Shown: piece by piece, positions 19,253-29,273 of the stretch
Layout of the letters: every line of letters starts with the position of its first letter
Position numbering within the stretch: the first letter of the stretch is position 1
NCBI GenBank assembly: GCA_002310055.1
Contig: DBXS01000033.1
Location: 40,822 to 104,821 of the forward strand
Length of the DNA stretch: 64,000 nt
Reading direction: 5' to 3'
Source of the DNA: Clostridiales bacterium UBA1206
GTDB lineage: Bacteria; Bacillota; Clostridia; Oscillospirales; CAG-382
Translations under genes and position numbers: made by a program
Notes under the pieces: generated by a model
Database searches by the model: none
Seen by the model: the letters and a program-made list of their open reading frames with translations, nothing else
Told to the model about the DNA's origin: nothing

Positions 19253-22000
19253 TCAGCCGTTTCCTTTCATATCCTTTGCCATACAGCACTTTTTGTATTT
19301 GAGCCCGCTGCCGCAGGGGCAGGGATCGTTGGGCCCCACTTTTTTGCGTTTCACCGCGGTGACGGTGACTTTTTTGTCGCCTCCGCCCGCATTCATATTG
19401 TCGGCGGCGGTGAGCACCTTCTTGCGTTCCATCGTGCGCCGCGGCGCCACGGTAAGCAGCATACGGACGGTGTCGGTGCGGATGTCGTGGATCATATCGT
19501 CGAACATCTGCGAACCGAATATCTTGAATTCCTTCACCGGGTCGCGCTGAGCGTAGGCGTTCAGCCCCACGCCGGTCTCAAGGTCGTCCATCGCGTCTAT
19601 GTGGTCCATCCACTTGCGGTCGACGTTTTCAAGCAGTATTATGCGCTCTATCTCGCGGAACCGTTCGGGCGTGAATACCGCCTCCTGCGCGGCGTAGCGC
19701 TTTTCGGCGCGGGTAATCAGCGTGTCGCGTATCGATTCTGCGGTTATTTTATCCATATCGTCGGGCGTGTAGACAAAGTCGTCCTTGCCGCAGAGTATGC
19801 CTAAGAAATACGCCCGCAGTCCGTCGTAGTTCCATTCGTCGGGGACGTCGGAAGCGCAGTATTCCGCCACGGCGCCGTCTATGTAATCCTCGACCATCTT
19901 CCAGATCATCGATTTCAGATCCTTGCCGTCGAGCACGTCGCGGCGCTGAGCGTAGATCAGCTCGCGCTGCTGGTTCATAACGTCGTCGTATTCAATAACG
20001 CGCTTGCGGCGTTCGAAGTTCATACCTTCAAGCCGTTTCTGCGCCGATTCTATGGAATTGGAAAGCAGTTTGGCGTTTATGGGCTGGTCTTCGGGAAGTC
20101 CCAGCACCGACACCACGCCCAGCATTTTGTCCGAACCGAACAGGCGCATAAGGTCGTCCTGCATCGAAAGGTAGAACCGGCTTTCGCCCGGATCGCCCTG
20201 ACGTCCGGAACGGCCGCGCAGCTGGTTGTCTATGCGGCGGCTTTCGTGGCGCTCGGTGCCGAGTATGAACAGGCCGCCCGCCTCGCGGACTTTGTCCGCC
20301 TCGGGCGCGATCTCGGCTTCGAACTGCTTTTCAAGCTCTCTGAAACGGCGGCGGTATTCGAGTATTTCGGGGTTGTCGGTGTGCGAATACGCCGTCGCCT
20401 CGTTTATCTGCCATTCTTCAAAGCCTTCGTCGCGCAGTGCGGATTTCGCCATGAACTCGGCGTTGCCGCCCAGCTTGATATCGGTGCCGCGCCCCGCCAT
20501 ATTGGTGGAAATCGTCACCGCGCCGACTTTGCCGGCCTGGGCGATTATCTCGGCTTCTTTTTCGTGGTATTTGGCGTTTAAGACGTTGTGCTTTATGCCT
20601 TCTTTTTTGAGCAGCGCCGAGACCACTTCGGATTTTTCGACCGACGCGGTGCCGACCAGCACGGGCTGGCCCTTGGCGTGACATTCTTTGATCTGCTCCA
20701 TTATGGCGCGATATTTGCCGTTTATGGTCTTGTATACCACGTCGTTGTAGTCTTTGCGTATCATCGGGCGGTTGGTGGGGATCTCCACCACGTCCAGATT
20801 GTATATCTCGCGGAACTCGTTTTCTTCGGTGAGCGCCGTGCCGGTCATGCCGGAAAGCTTTTTGTAAAGGCGGAAATAGTTCTGGAACGTTATGGTCGCC
20901 TGAGTCTTGTTTTCGCGCTCGACTTTAACGCCTTCTTTGGCTTCTATCGCCTGATGCAGGCCGTTGGAATAGCGTCTGCCGTACATTATGCGGCCGGTGA
21001 ACGAATCGACTATCAGCACCTGACCGTCCTTGACGATGTAATCCACGTCTTTTTTCATAACGCCATGCGCGCGGATGGCGTTGTTAATGTAGTGCATATA
21101 CTCCTGATTTTCGGCGTCGCCCAGGTTTTCAAGTCCAAAGTATTTTTCCGCTTTGGCTATGCCGGATTTTGCGAGCACCGCGGTGTGCGCCTTTTCGTCC
21201 ACCACGTAATCCGCGCCGTAATCGTCGGCACCCTGCTTTTCGTCTATCTCTTTTATGCGGAAACAGCTCATCCTGCGCACGAGCTCGTCGGTCTTTTCGT
21301 AAAGCGGATCCGATTCGCTGCCGGCGCCGGATATTATGAGCGGCGTGCGCGCTTCGTCTATGAGTATGGAGTCCACCTCGTCCACTATGGCAAAGACGTG
21401 TCCGCGCTGGACCACGCGCTCTTTGTATATCGCCATATTGTCGCGCAGGTAATCGAACCCCATTTCGTTGTTGGTGCCGTAGGTGATGTCGGCGGCGTAG
21501 GCGGCTTTGCGCTCCTCGTTCTTCATCCCGTTTACGATGAGCCCGACCGAAAGCCCGAGAAAGTTGTAAAGCTTGCCCATCCATTCGCTGTCGCGCTTGG
21601 CGAGATAGTCGTTCACCGTGACTATATGCACGCCGCTGCCGTCAAGAGCGTTGAGATACGCGGGCAGGGTGGCGACCTGCGTTTTGCCTTCGCCGGTCTT
21701 CATTTCGGCTATACGCCCCTGATGTATGACTATGCCGCCTATCAGCTGAACGCGGTAATGCCGCGTGCCCAGCACGCGGTCGGCGGTCTCGCGCACGACG
21801 GCGAACGCGTCCGGAAGGATATCGTCCTTTGTCTCGCCCGCCTTCAGACGTCCGCGCAGGATATCGGTCTGCGCGCGCAGCTCGTCGTCTGTCATGGCTT
21901 TGTATTTATCGGCGAGCGCCTCTATTTTATCCACCACGGGCTCTATCTTTTTTATCTGCCTTTCGCTGTAAGTGCCGAAAACTTTTGAAATGAGTGACAT
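19253..22000 (-). CDS. secA: Preprotein translocase ATPase SecA
   Basis: 915 aa. Walker [28 protein letters not shown], and a C-terminal zinc-binding [13 protein letters not shown]. Confidence 0.98.
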   Translation of the reverse strand: MSLISKVFGTYSERQIKKIEPVVDKIEALADKYKAMTDDELRAQTDILRGRLKAGETKDDILPDAFAVVRETADRVLGTRHYRVQLIGGIVIHQGRIAEMKTGEGKTQVATLPAYLNALDGSGVHIVTVNDYLAKRDSEWMGKLYNFLGLSVGLIVNGMKNEERKAAYAADITYGTNNEMGFDYLRDNMAIYKERVVQRGHVFAIVDEVDSILIDEARTPLIISGAGSESDPLYEKTDELVRRMSCFRIKEIDEKQGADDYGADYVVDEKAHTAVLAKSGIAKAEKYFGLENLGDAENQEYMHYINNAIRAHGVMKKDVDYIVKDGQVLIVDSFTGRIMYGRRYSNGLHQAIEAKEGVKVERENKTQATITFQNYFRLYKKLSGMTGTALTEENEFREIYNLDVVEIPTNRPMIRKDYNDVVYKTINGKYRAIMEQIKECHAKGQPVLVGTASVEKSEVVSALLKKEGIKHNVLNAKYHEKEAEIIAQAGKVGAVTISTNMAGRGTDIKLGGNAEFMAKSALRDEGFEEWQINEATAYSHTDNPEILEYRRRFRELEKQFEAEIAPEADKVREAGGLFILGTERHESRRIDNQLRGRSGRQGDPGESRFYLSMQDDLMRLFGSDKMLGVVSVLGLPEDQPINAKLLSNSIESAQKRLEGMNFERRKRVIEYDDVMNQQRELIYAQRRDVLDGKDLKSMIWKMVEDYIDGAVAEYCASDVPDEWNYDGLRAYFLGILCGKDDFVYTPDDMDKITAESIRDTLITRAEKRYAAQEAVFTPERFREIERIILLENVDRKWMDHIDAMDDLETGVGLNAYAQRDPVKEFKIFGSQMFDDMIHDIRTDTVRMLLTVAPRRTMERKKVLTAADNMNAGGGDKKVTVTAVKRKKVGPNDPCPCGSGLKYKKCCMAKDMKGNG

Positions 22001-22131
22001 ATCTGACCTGCCTTTTTTGCGTATTTCACGCGCACGCGCGCCATAGTTTTCCTATTTTCCTTTATCATAACATATAAAAAGCAAAAAATACATACTTTTT
22101 TGTAAAATAAATCCAAAAACGTAAAAAAGAA

Positions 22132-22160
22132 TTGAAAAGTGCGCGCGGATATGGTAAAAT
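22132..22160 (+). promoter_or_regulatory. Sigma-A type promoter for the trmL-mnmE-mnmG-rsmG operon
   Basis: TTGAAA (22132-22137), 17-nt spacer, TAAAAT (22155-22160). Confidence 0.6.
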
Positions 22161-22191
22161 ACAATGAAATCATATGGAAAGGTGAACGACC

Positions 22192-22695
22192 TTGGCGGCT
22201 TTGAACGTTGTGCTGCTCGAACCCGAAATACCGCAGAACACCGGGAATATCGCACGCACCTGCGTGGCGACTCATTCCGTCCTGCACCTTATACGACCTT
22301 TCGGATTCGAGATAACCGATAAAAACCTCAAACGCGCGGGACTCGACTACTGGCAGTATCTCGACGTGCGTTACTATGACGATATCGAGCGTTTCCGCGC
22401 CCTCAATCCCGGCGCGGTCTGCCGCTATTTCACCACCAAGGCGCCGACTTGTTATACCGACGCCGAATACCCGGACGGGTGTTATCTTTTCTTCGGCAAA
22501 GAGACAAAGGGTCTGCCGGAGGAACTGCTTATGCAAAACATAAAAGACTGCGTGCGCATCCCCATGTTCGGCGAGATACGTTCGCTGAACCTGGCAAATT
22601 CGGTCGCCGTGGCTGTCTACGAGGCGCTGCGGAGGAGCGATTTTGCCGGGCTTAAACACGCGGGCAAATTCTCCGCGGGAGGTAACATATTATGA
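22192..22695 (+). CDS. trmL: tRNA (cytidine/uridine-2'-O)-methyltransferase TrmL (SpoU family)
   Basis: 167 aa, LLEPEIPQNTGNIARTC...RAGLDYW...LNLANSVAVAVYEALRR. TTG start. Stop overlaps the mnmE ATG (ATGA). Confidence 0.85.
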   Translation: MAALNVVLLEPEIPQNTGNIARTCVATHSVLHLIRPFGFEITDKNLKRAGLDYWQYLDVRYYDDIERFRALNPGAVCRYFTTKAPTCYTDAEYPDGCYLFFGKETKGLPEELLMQNIKDCVRIPMFGEIRSLNLANSVAVAVYEALRRSDFAGLKHAGKFSAGGNIL

Positions 22696-24050
22696 ACGGT
22701 ATCACGGTTGCCGCCGTATCCACGCCGCGCGGCAAGGGCGGAGTCGCTTTGGTCCGCGTAAGCGGCGAGAACGCTTTTGAAATAGCGGACCGCGTGTTCG
22801 CGCCTTCTTCGGGTAAAAGGATAACCGAATACAAACCGAATACCGTGGTGCACGGAGTGTTTTCCGGGCCCGACGGCGCGTTCGACGACGGCATGGCGGT
22901 ACTTTACGCGTCTCCGCGCTCGTTCACCGGCGAAGACACCGCCGAGCTTTGCTGTCACGGCGGCGTGCTCGTAACGCAAAAACTGCTTTCGGCGTGCTTT
23001 GCGGCGGGCGCCGTCCCCGCGGGCAGAGGCGAATTCACCCGCCGCGCCTTTATAAACGGCAAGCTTTCGCTTTCCGAAGCCGAAGCCGTAGGCGGACTTA
23101 TCGACGCCGTTTCCGAAAAACATCTGGGCGTTTCGCTCCTTCAGCTGGGCGGCTCGCTCGCGCAGAAGATAGGCGATATCTATTCGCGCCTCGCGCTGCT
23201 CGCGGCTTCCGTCTACGCGTATATAGATTACCCGGACGAAGATATGACCGACGTCGGCGTGCCCGAGATGAAAGAAAAGCTCAAAAGTATACTCGCCGAA
23301 CTCGAAGAGCTGCGCAAAACTCGCAAATACGGCAAAGCCATAAGCGAAGGCGTAAAAGCTGCGATAATCGGCAGGCCCAACACCGGAAAATCCTCGCTGC
23401 TCAATCTGCTTGCGGGCGAGGAACGCGCCATAGTCACCGAGCTCGAAGGCACCACGCGCGACGTGGTCACCGAAAAGATAACCGCCGGCGGAGTGGTGCT
23501 TGACCTTTCCGACACCGCCGGAATAAGAGCGAGCGCCGACAGGATCGAAATGCTGGGCGTGGCGCGTTCGCTCGAGCAGATAAACGACGCCGAACTGCTC
23601 ATACTGGTGCTTGAAAACCGCGTGTGCGGCGCCGATATGGAAGTCATAGACGCAATAAAAAAAGCCGGCAAGACGGGATCCACGATCGCGCTGCTCAACA
23701 AGAGCGACCTTGCAATGTGTGAAAAGCCGGGGATTTTCAAATACGAAATAGAATTTTCCGCGCTCACGGGCGACGGCAGGGAAGAGCTCATAAACGCCAT
23801 AGAAACGCTGTGCGGCGCCGGCGAATGCGGCGACGACGGGGCGATAATAGTTTCGGCGCGTCAGAGCGCCGCGCTCGACAAAGCCGCGCAAAGCGTAAAG
23901 GACGCGCTCGTTTCGCTCGAAAACTACACTCAGGATATCGCCGGAATGGATATAGAAAACGCGCTCGCCGCGCTGGGCGAGATCGACGGCAGGGCGGTCA
24001 CCGAAGAAATAGTCGATTCCATCTTTTCACATTTCTGTGTAGGCAAATAA
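22692..24050 (+). CDS. mnmE: tRNA modification GTPase MnmE
   Basis: 452 aa. G-domain GRPNTGKSSLLN and DTAG, with the C-terminal FCVGK motif. Confidence 0.96.
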   Translation: MNGITVAAVSTPRGKGGVALVRVSGENAFEIADRVFAPSSGKRITEYKPNTVVHGVFSGPDGAFDDGMAVLYASPRSFTGEDTAELCCHGGVLVTQKLLSACFAAGAVPAGRGEFTRRAFINGKLSLSEAEAVGGLIDAVSEKHLGVSLLQLGGSLAQKIGDIYSRLALLAASVYAYIDYPDEDMTDVGVPEMKEKLKSILAELEELRKTRKYGKAISEGVKAAIIGRPNTGKSSLLNLLAGEERAIVTELEGTTRDVVTEKITAGGVVLDLSDTAGIRASADRIEMLGVARSLEQINDAELLILVLENRVCGADMEVIDAIKKAGKTGSTIALLNKSDLAMCEKPGIFKYEIEFSALTGDGREELINAIETLCGAGECGDDGAIIVSARQSAALDKAAQSVKDALVSLENYTQDIAGMDIENALAALGEIDGRAVTEEIVDSIFSHFCVGK

Positions 24051-24066
24051 GAAGGAAAAAACCATT

Positions 24067-25941
24067 ATGAACGAACTCGAATTTGACGTAGCGGTAATAG
24101 GCGCAGGTCACGCCGGCATAGAAGCCGCCCTCGCTTCGGCGCGGCTGGGTATGCGCACCGCGGTGTTCACGCTGAATATGGACCTTGTGGGCAATATGCC
24201 CTGCAACCCTTCCATCGGCGGAACGGGCAAGGGACATCTGGTCTACGAAATAGACGCGCTCGGCGGCGAAATGGCGCGCGCGGCGGACGAAGTCATGCTT
24301 CAGTCGCGCATGCTCAACAGCTCAAAAGGGCCCGCCGTCCATTCGCTGCGCATGCAGGCGGACCGCGTGAAATACCGCAATTATATGAAAAACGTGCTGG
24401 AAAACACGCAGAACCTTCTGCTCGTCCAGGCGGAAGTCACGGGTATACTCACCGATGAAAGCGGCGCGATATGCGGCGTAAAGACCGCGTTCGGTATGGA
24501 ATACGCCGCAAAAGCGGTCATCATCGCTTCCGGCACGTCGCTGGGCGGAAAAATCATAGTGGGCGAGGAATCTTACGCTTCCGGCCCCGATAACACTTTG
24601 CCCGCCACGCGCCTCACCGCCGACCTTATCGCCCACGGCGTAAAGATAGTCCGTTTCAAGACGGGCACTCCGCCGCGCGTCCACGCAGACAGTCTCGATT
24701 ACGGCGAAATGGAGCTGCAGGAGGGCGACGCCGAACCGTATCATTTCACGGCAAACGGCGAAACGCCCAACACCAAAAGCTGTTATATCACATACACCAA
24801 TCAGACCACGCACGATATCATCCGCGCCAATCTGCACCGCTCGCCGCTGTTCGGCGGCGTCATCAAGGGGACCGGGCCGCGCTACTGCCCTTCGATAGAA
24901 GACAAAGTCGTCCGCTTTTCCGATAAGGAACGGCACCAGATATTCGTCGAGCCCATGGGCTCCGACACCAAGGAAATGTACTTGCAGGGGCTGTCTTCCT
25001 CCATGCCCGAAGAGGTGCAGAGGCAGATAATCCATTCCATAAAGGGATTGGAACACGCACGCATAATGCGCACCGCCTACGCAATAGAATACGACTGCGC
25101 CGATCCTTTGCAGATGGCGCCCACGCTGGAATTCCGCGATATCCCCGGGCTTTACGGCGCCGGGCAGTTCAACGGCTCCTCGGGGTATGAAGAGGCGGCG
25201 TCTCAGGGACTCGTGGCGGGCATAAACGCCGCGCTCAAAATAAAAGGCAAAGAACCGCTCATACTTTCGCGCGCGGAATCGTATATAGGCACGCTCATAG
25301 ACGATCTTGTTACCAAAGGAACCAACGAACCGTACCGCATAATGACCAGCCGCAGCGAATACCGGCTGTATCTGCGGCAGGATAACGCAAAGACGCGCCT
25401 CACTCCCAAGGGATACAAAGCGGGACTTGTGAGCGAAGAAGCTTACGCCGTGTTCCTTGCGGAAGAGGAAGCGCTCAAAGCGGAGATCGAACGGCTTTCG
25501 CAGCTCACGCTCAAAGCGGGCGAAAAACTCGACGCGCTGCTCGTTTCCAAGGGATACGAGCCCAGCGAAAGCGGCATACGCGCCTCGGAGCTGCTCCGCC
25601 GCCCGTATATCACCGTGCGAGATATCTATGCGCTCGAAGGCAGAACGGAATACGACGCGCGCATTGCCGAACGCGCCGAGACCGAGATCAAATACGAAGG
25701 ATACATAAAAAAGCAGCTCGCCGAAGTCGAACGGTTCGCCAAACTCGAAGAAAAACGGCTCCCGCCGGACATCGATTATTCCACGGTCAAGGGCCTGCGG
25801 CTCGAAGCGCAGCAAAAACTCAACAAACTGCGCCCGGAATCCATAGGGCGCGCCTCGCGCATATCGGGCGTTTCGCCCGCCGACGTTTCGGTGCTGCTCA
25901 TATGGCTTGCGCAGAAAGGAAAACGCGATGTCGATAACTGA
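24067..25941 (+). CDS. mnmG: tRNA uridine 5-carboxymethylaminomethyl modification enzyme MnmG (GidA)
   Basis: 624 aa. FAD motif VIGAGHAGIEAALA, plus GTGPRYCPSIEDK and AGQFNGSSGYEEAA. Confidence 0.97.
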   Translation: MNELEFDVAVIGAGHAGIEAALASARLGMRTAVFTLNMDLVGNMPCNPSIGGTGKGHLVYEIDALGGEMARAADEVMLQSRMLNSSKGPAVHSLRMQADRVKYRNYMKNVLENTQNLLLVQAEVTGILTDESGAICGVKTAFGMEYAAKAVIIASGTSLGGKIIVGEESYASGPDNTLPATRLTADLIAHGVKIVRFKTGTPPRVHADSLDYGEMELQEGDAEPYHFTANGETPNTKSCYITYTNQTTHDIIRANLHRSPLFGGVIKGTGPRYCPSIEDKVVRFSDKERHQIFVEPMGSDTKEMYLQGLSSSMPEEVQRQIIHSIKGLEHARIMRTAYAIEYDCADPLQMAPTLEFRDIPGLYGAGQFNGSSGYEEAASQGLVAGINAALKIKGKEPLILSRAESYIGTLIDDLVTKGTNEPYRIMTSRSEYRLYLRQDNAKTRLTPKGYKAGLVSEEAYAVFLAEEEALKAEIERLSQLTLKAGEKLDALLVSKGYEPSESGIRASELLRRPYITVRDIYALEGRTEYDARIAERAETEIKYEGYIKKQLAEVERFAKLEEKRLPPDIDYSTVKGLRLEAQQKLNKLRPESIGRASRISGVSPADVSVLLIWLAQKGKRDVDN

Positions 25942-26626
25942 TATCATCCGCCGCCTTTCGCCCGTTCCCCTTACCGAAGAACAGCTCGGGCTTATGAGCG
26001 GCGTCTACGAAAAGCTGGAACAGAAAAACCGCGTTATGAATCTTACCGCCATAACCACCCCCGAAGAAGCCGCCGAGCTGCATTTTGCCGATTCGCTCTA
26101 CGCGCTCACCGAACCGCGCGTAAAAGGCAGCGTGCTCGACGTGGGCAGCGGCGGCGGATTCCCCGCGTTCCCGGTCGCCATTGCTTCCGGCTGCTTTGTT
26201 ACCTGTCTCGATTCCACCGCCAAAAAACTGGCGTTCATAAAAGAAACGGCGTATGAGCTCGGTATAGACAATATAGATATCCTGTGCGGCAGGGCGGAAG
26301 AGCTTTCGCGGCTCGAAGCACATCGCGAAAAATACGACGCAGTGCTCGCGCGCGGAGTCGCGCGGCTCAACGTGCTTTGCGAATGGTGCCTGCCGTACGT
26401 AAAGCCCAACGGCGTGTTCGTCGCGCTCAAGGGCGTTTCCGGCAGGGAAGAGGCCGACGAAGCCGCTAACGCGATCAAGACCTTAGGCGGAAGACTTGCG
26501 TATATAAACGAATACACGCTCCCCGCTTCGGGGCATACTCACACGCTCGTGGTCATAGAAAAAGTCGCCCGCACTCCCAAAACGTACCCGCGCCGCAATT
26601 CGCTCATAAGCAAAAAGCCATTATAA
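25928..26626 (+). CDS. rsmG: 16S rRNA (guanine527-N7)-methyltransferase RsmG
   Basis: SAM motif VLDVGSGGGFPAFPVA. ATG 25928 follows AAAGGA; the ORF opens at TTG 25907. Overlaps the mnmG end. Confidence 0.9.
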   Translation: MSITDIIRRLSPVPLTEEQLGLMSGVYEKLEQKNRVMNLTAITTPEEAAELHFADSLYALTEPRVKGSVLDVGSGGGFPAFPVAIASGCFVTCLDSTAKKLAFIKETAYELGIDNIDILCGRAEELSRLEAHREKYDAVLARGVARLNVLCEWCLPYVKPNGVFVALKGVSGREEADEAANAIKTLGGRLAYINEYTLPASGHTHTLVVIEKVARTPKTYPRRNSLISKKPL

Positions 26627-26638
26627 GGGGTCATCACA

Positions 26639-27262
26639 ATGAAATCGTTCTATATTCGCAACTTTCATTGCTATAAGCTGATAACGGGGATTCTTTCGGC
26701 GGTATTCGGGATGCTTTCTCTTGCTTTATATCTGACAAGCGTTGATAAACTGTTTCCGTGGGCTCTCTTGCTGTTCGTTTTGCCATTAACATACTTTTTG
26801 TTCGAATGGGTATATGAACAACGACGCTATAAGATATCGAGCGACGGCATTGTTTTCTCTTTCTTCGGCATTCATTATAAGCGCATCCTGTTTGATGAAT
26901 ATCCGGTCATTATAATTACAAATGCAGCCGTAAGTCATTACGGAACTGCTTTTCCTATCCGTGACCGCGCAAGAACAAAAACAAACGGCCACCCCGTATC
27001 TTATCCGTACTTTGTCGTTTGTACGGGATTATTTCCGCTAAGCAGGGTGAAACCCGAAATGAACTCTGTGACTGTACACGCTTTGAATTACGCTCAGTCC
27101 GAATACATTGGAATCTGCTGGGAAGACGCGCTTGCCGAGGTGATAGATAAGACAGATATCGTTATCAATGTGCAAAGTGATATTTTCGGTAATTATAAGG
27201 AGTTTTTCCGAAAGAATCCTGAGCGATTTGCCATTATAAAGGAGGACAATTATGATACTTAG
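26639..27262 (+). CDS. Membrane protein, unknown function (two N-terminal TM helices)
   Basis: 207 aa with AT-richer composition than its neighbours. No family recognised. Its 3' end contains the RBS and start of the next gene. Confidence 0.6.
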   Translation: MKSFYIRNFHCYKLITGILSAVFGMLSLALYLTSVDKLFPWALLLFVLPLTYFLFEWVYEQRRYKISSDGIVFSFFGIHYKRILFDEYPVIIITNAAVSHYGTAFPIRDRARTKTNGHPVSYPYFVVCTGLFPLSRVKPEMNSVTVHALNYAQSEYIGICWEDALAEVIDKTDIVINVQSDIFGNYKEFFRKNPERFAIIKEDNYDT

Positions 27263-28775
27263 AGTTTCTCATATCAACGGTCCGCGCCTGGCGGACGAGA
27301 TCGTCGTTTACGAAAATATACCGTCCACCGGTACCAACCCCTACGGCATGGAAGCCGTCGTCGAAGACGGCGTGGTGGTCCGCGTCGGCTCCAACGATAA
27401 CGCCGTCCCCGCGAACGGATACGTCATATCCGGCCACGGCAAAGGAGCCGAGGCCGTGCGTTCGCTGTGCGCGGGCGCAAAGGCAGCGTTCGACAGAGAA
27501 GCGGGAGAAATCGATATTATCATCGACGATTCGTCGCGCATATACGGCGCAAAACAAAAACTCGCCGTCATAAAAGAACGCTTTGAAAAGCTCGTGATGT
27601 CGAATCAGAGCTTTTATATCGACCGCGCGGTGAGCGAGATCGACCGCGCCGCCGCCGCTATCGAAAAAGGCGACGTAAAAGCTGCGGAAGAAGCGGCCGA
27701 AGAAGCGTATTATCTCACCGCCGAGACCAAAGAAAACGAGATACGCGCCATCTGGCACCGCCCCAAAGAAACGAGTGCGAAACAGGTGGAAGCCACCGTC
27801 AGACGGCTCAAAGACGCGGGCTTCAATATGATACTTATCGAAACGAACTACGAGGGTTACGCCAACGCCGCCAAGACGGTCAAGCCGTGGCTGCCGCTCA
27901 GAAAAGGGCTTGAAAACGCCGATTGCGATATCATCGAAGAATTCATAAAGCAGGGAAAAAAGCAGGGCGTGCAGATCCACGCGTGGGTGGAGGATTTCTT
28001 CTTCGGCGTTCAGGGCGAAGAAAACGCAATGCTCAAGCTGCGCCCCGATCTCATTGCGCGCACGCGCTCGGGCGATATCTACGTCGACGGCTGGGATTGT
28101 TTCATATTCCTCAACCCCGCGCTCGACGAAGTTCACGATCTGCTTGCCGATCTCTACCGCGAGATGCTGGAAAAATACGATTTCGACGGAATACAGCTCG
28201 ATTATATACGCTATCCCGTAATAAAGGATATCGATCATTCCGCCGGCTTTGAAGCACAGACCAAAAAGATGTTCTTCGCCGAAAGCGGCATAGATATCGA
28301 CAAGATAAACTCGGTCAACGACCCCGAATGGACCGAATTCGTCAACTGGCGCGCTTCCCGCGTCACGTCTTACGTCAAACGCATTGTCGAAATGGTGGCG
28401 GATCTCAACGCAAAAGGCAGGAACATAAAGCTTTCCACCGCCGTGTTCGGCGACCCGAACGAAGCGATAAAGCTCAAGTGCCAGAACTGGCTGTACTGGG
28501 TAAAACAGCGCTGGCTCGACTATATCTTCCCCATGGCGTACCTTTCCGACGCAAAAGACGTTGAAAAACAGATACGCTTTATGGTGGAACAGTACGGCGA
28601 AGCGCCCAACGTTTCGGGCATCTCGCCCATGTACGGGCATCTTCCCGTAATAGAATCGACCAAGCAGGTCGAAGCGTGCCGCCGCGCCGGCGCCGCGGGA
28701 GTTGCGTTTTTTGAAACGGTGGCGCTCACCGATATCCAGATAGAAAAACTCAAGGAAGGCGTTTTCCGCAAATGA
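27252..28775 (+). CDS. GHL10 / YngK-like (family 10-like) glycosyl hydrolase domain protein
   Basis: 507 aa. TIM-barrel-like core with MILIETNYEGYA, HAWVE and FDGIQLDYIRYP, typical of the DUF187/GHL10 family. AAGGAGGA RBS. Confidence 0.6.
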   Translation: MILRVSHINGPRLADEIVVYENIPSTGTNPYGMEAVVEDGVVVRVGSNDNAVPANGYVISGHGKGAEAVRSLCAGAKAAFDREAGEIDIIIDDSSRIYGAKQKLAVIKERFEKLVMSNQSFYIDRAVSEIDRAAAAIEKGDVKAAEEAAEEAYYLTAETKENEIRAIWHRPKETSAKQVEATVRRLKDAGFNMILIETNYEGYANAAKTVKPWLPLRKGLENADCDIIEEFIKQGKKQGVQIHAWVEDFFFGVQGEENAMLKLRPDLIARTRSGDIYVDGWDCFIFLNPALDEVHDLLADLYREMLEKYDFDGIQLDYIRYPVIKDIDHSAGFEAQTKKMFFAESGIDIDKINSVNDPEWTEFVNWRASRVTSYVKRIVEMVADLNAKGRNIKLSTAVFGDPNEAIKLKCQNWLYWVKQRWLDYIFPMAYLSDAKDVEKQIRFMVEQYGEAPNVSGISPMYGHLPVIESTKQVEACRRAGAAGVAFFETVALTDIQIEKLKEGVFRK

Positions 28776-29266
28776 AAAAGGATCTGCCCAAGACCAACGC
28801 CATGCGCGAACTCGAAAAAGCGGGCGTTGCGTACGAACCGCGCTTTTACGATCCCGATATAACGGAAGATTCTTCCACGCTCGGCGAGACCATAGCGCAT
28901 ACCGTGGGGTTCCCGCCCGAACAGGTATTCAAGACTCTGGTGGGCAGAGGCGACAAAAACGGCATAGCCGTGTTCTGCATCCCGGTGTGCGCCGCGCTCG
29001 ATACCAAGCGGGCAGCGGCAGTCAGCGGGAACAAAAGGTTCGAGCTTCTGGCGGTAAAAGAACTGCTCCCCGCTACGGGATACGTGCGCGGCGGCTGTTC
29101 GCCCATTGGTATGCGCAAAAAGTACCCCGTGTATATAGATTCCTCCGCGCTGGGGTACGGAATCATGACGATATCCGCGGGGATGCGCGGCTGTCAGCTG
29201 GCGCTCGCGCCGAAAGATCTTTTCGCCGTCACCGGGGCTTCCGCCGCGGAAAACATTTTGAGGTGA
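28772..29266 (+). CDS. ybaK: Cys-tRNA(Pro)/Cys-tRNA(Cys) deacylase YbaK
   Basis: 164 aa. KTNAMRELEKAGVAY..., KTLV, then GYVRGGCSPIGM. ATGA overlap with the upstream gene. Confidence 0.85.
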   Translation: MKKDLPKTNAMRELEKAGVAYEPRFYDPDITEDSSTLGETIAHTVGFPPEQVFKTLVGRGDKNGIAVFCIPVCAALDTKRAAAVSGNKRFELLAVKELLPATGYVRGGCSPIGMRKKYPVYIDSSALGYGIMTISAGMRGCQLALAPKDLFAVTGASAAENILR

Positions 29267-29273
29267 GCGTTTT

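Noticed and set aside
22001-22191. AT-rich divergent intergenic region next to trmL-mnmE-mnmG-rsmG as a possible oriC.
   Set aside because: There is no cluster of TTATCCACA/TGTGGATAA DnaA boxes. The region is explained by divergent secA and trmL promoters. dnaA and dnaN are not in the window.
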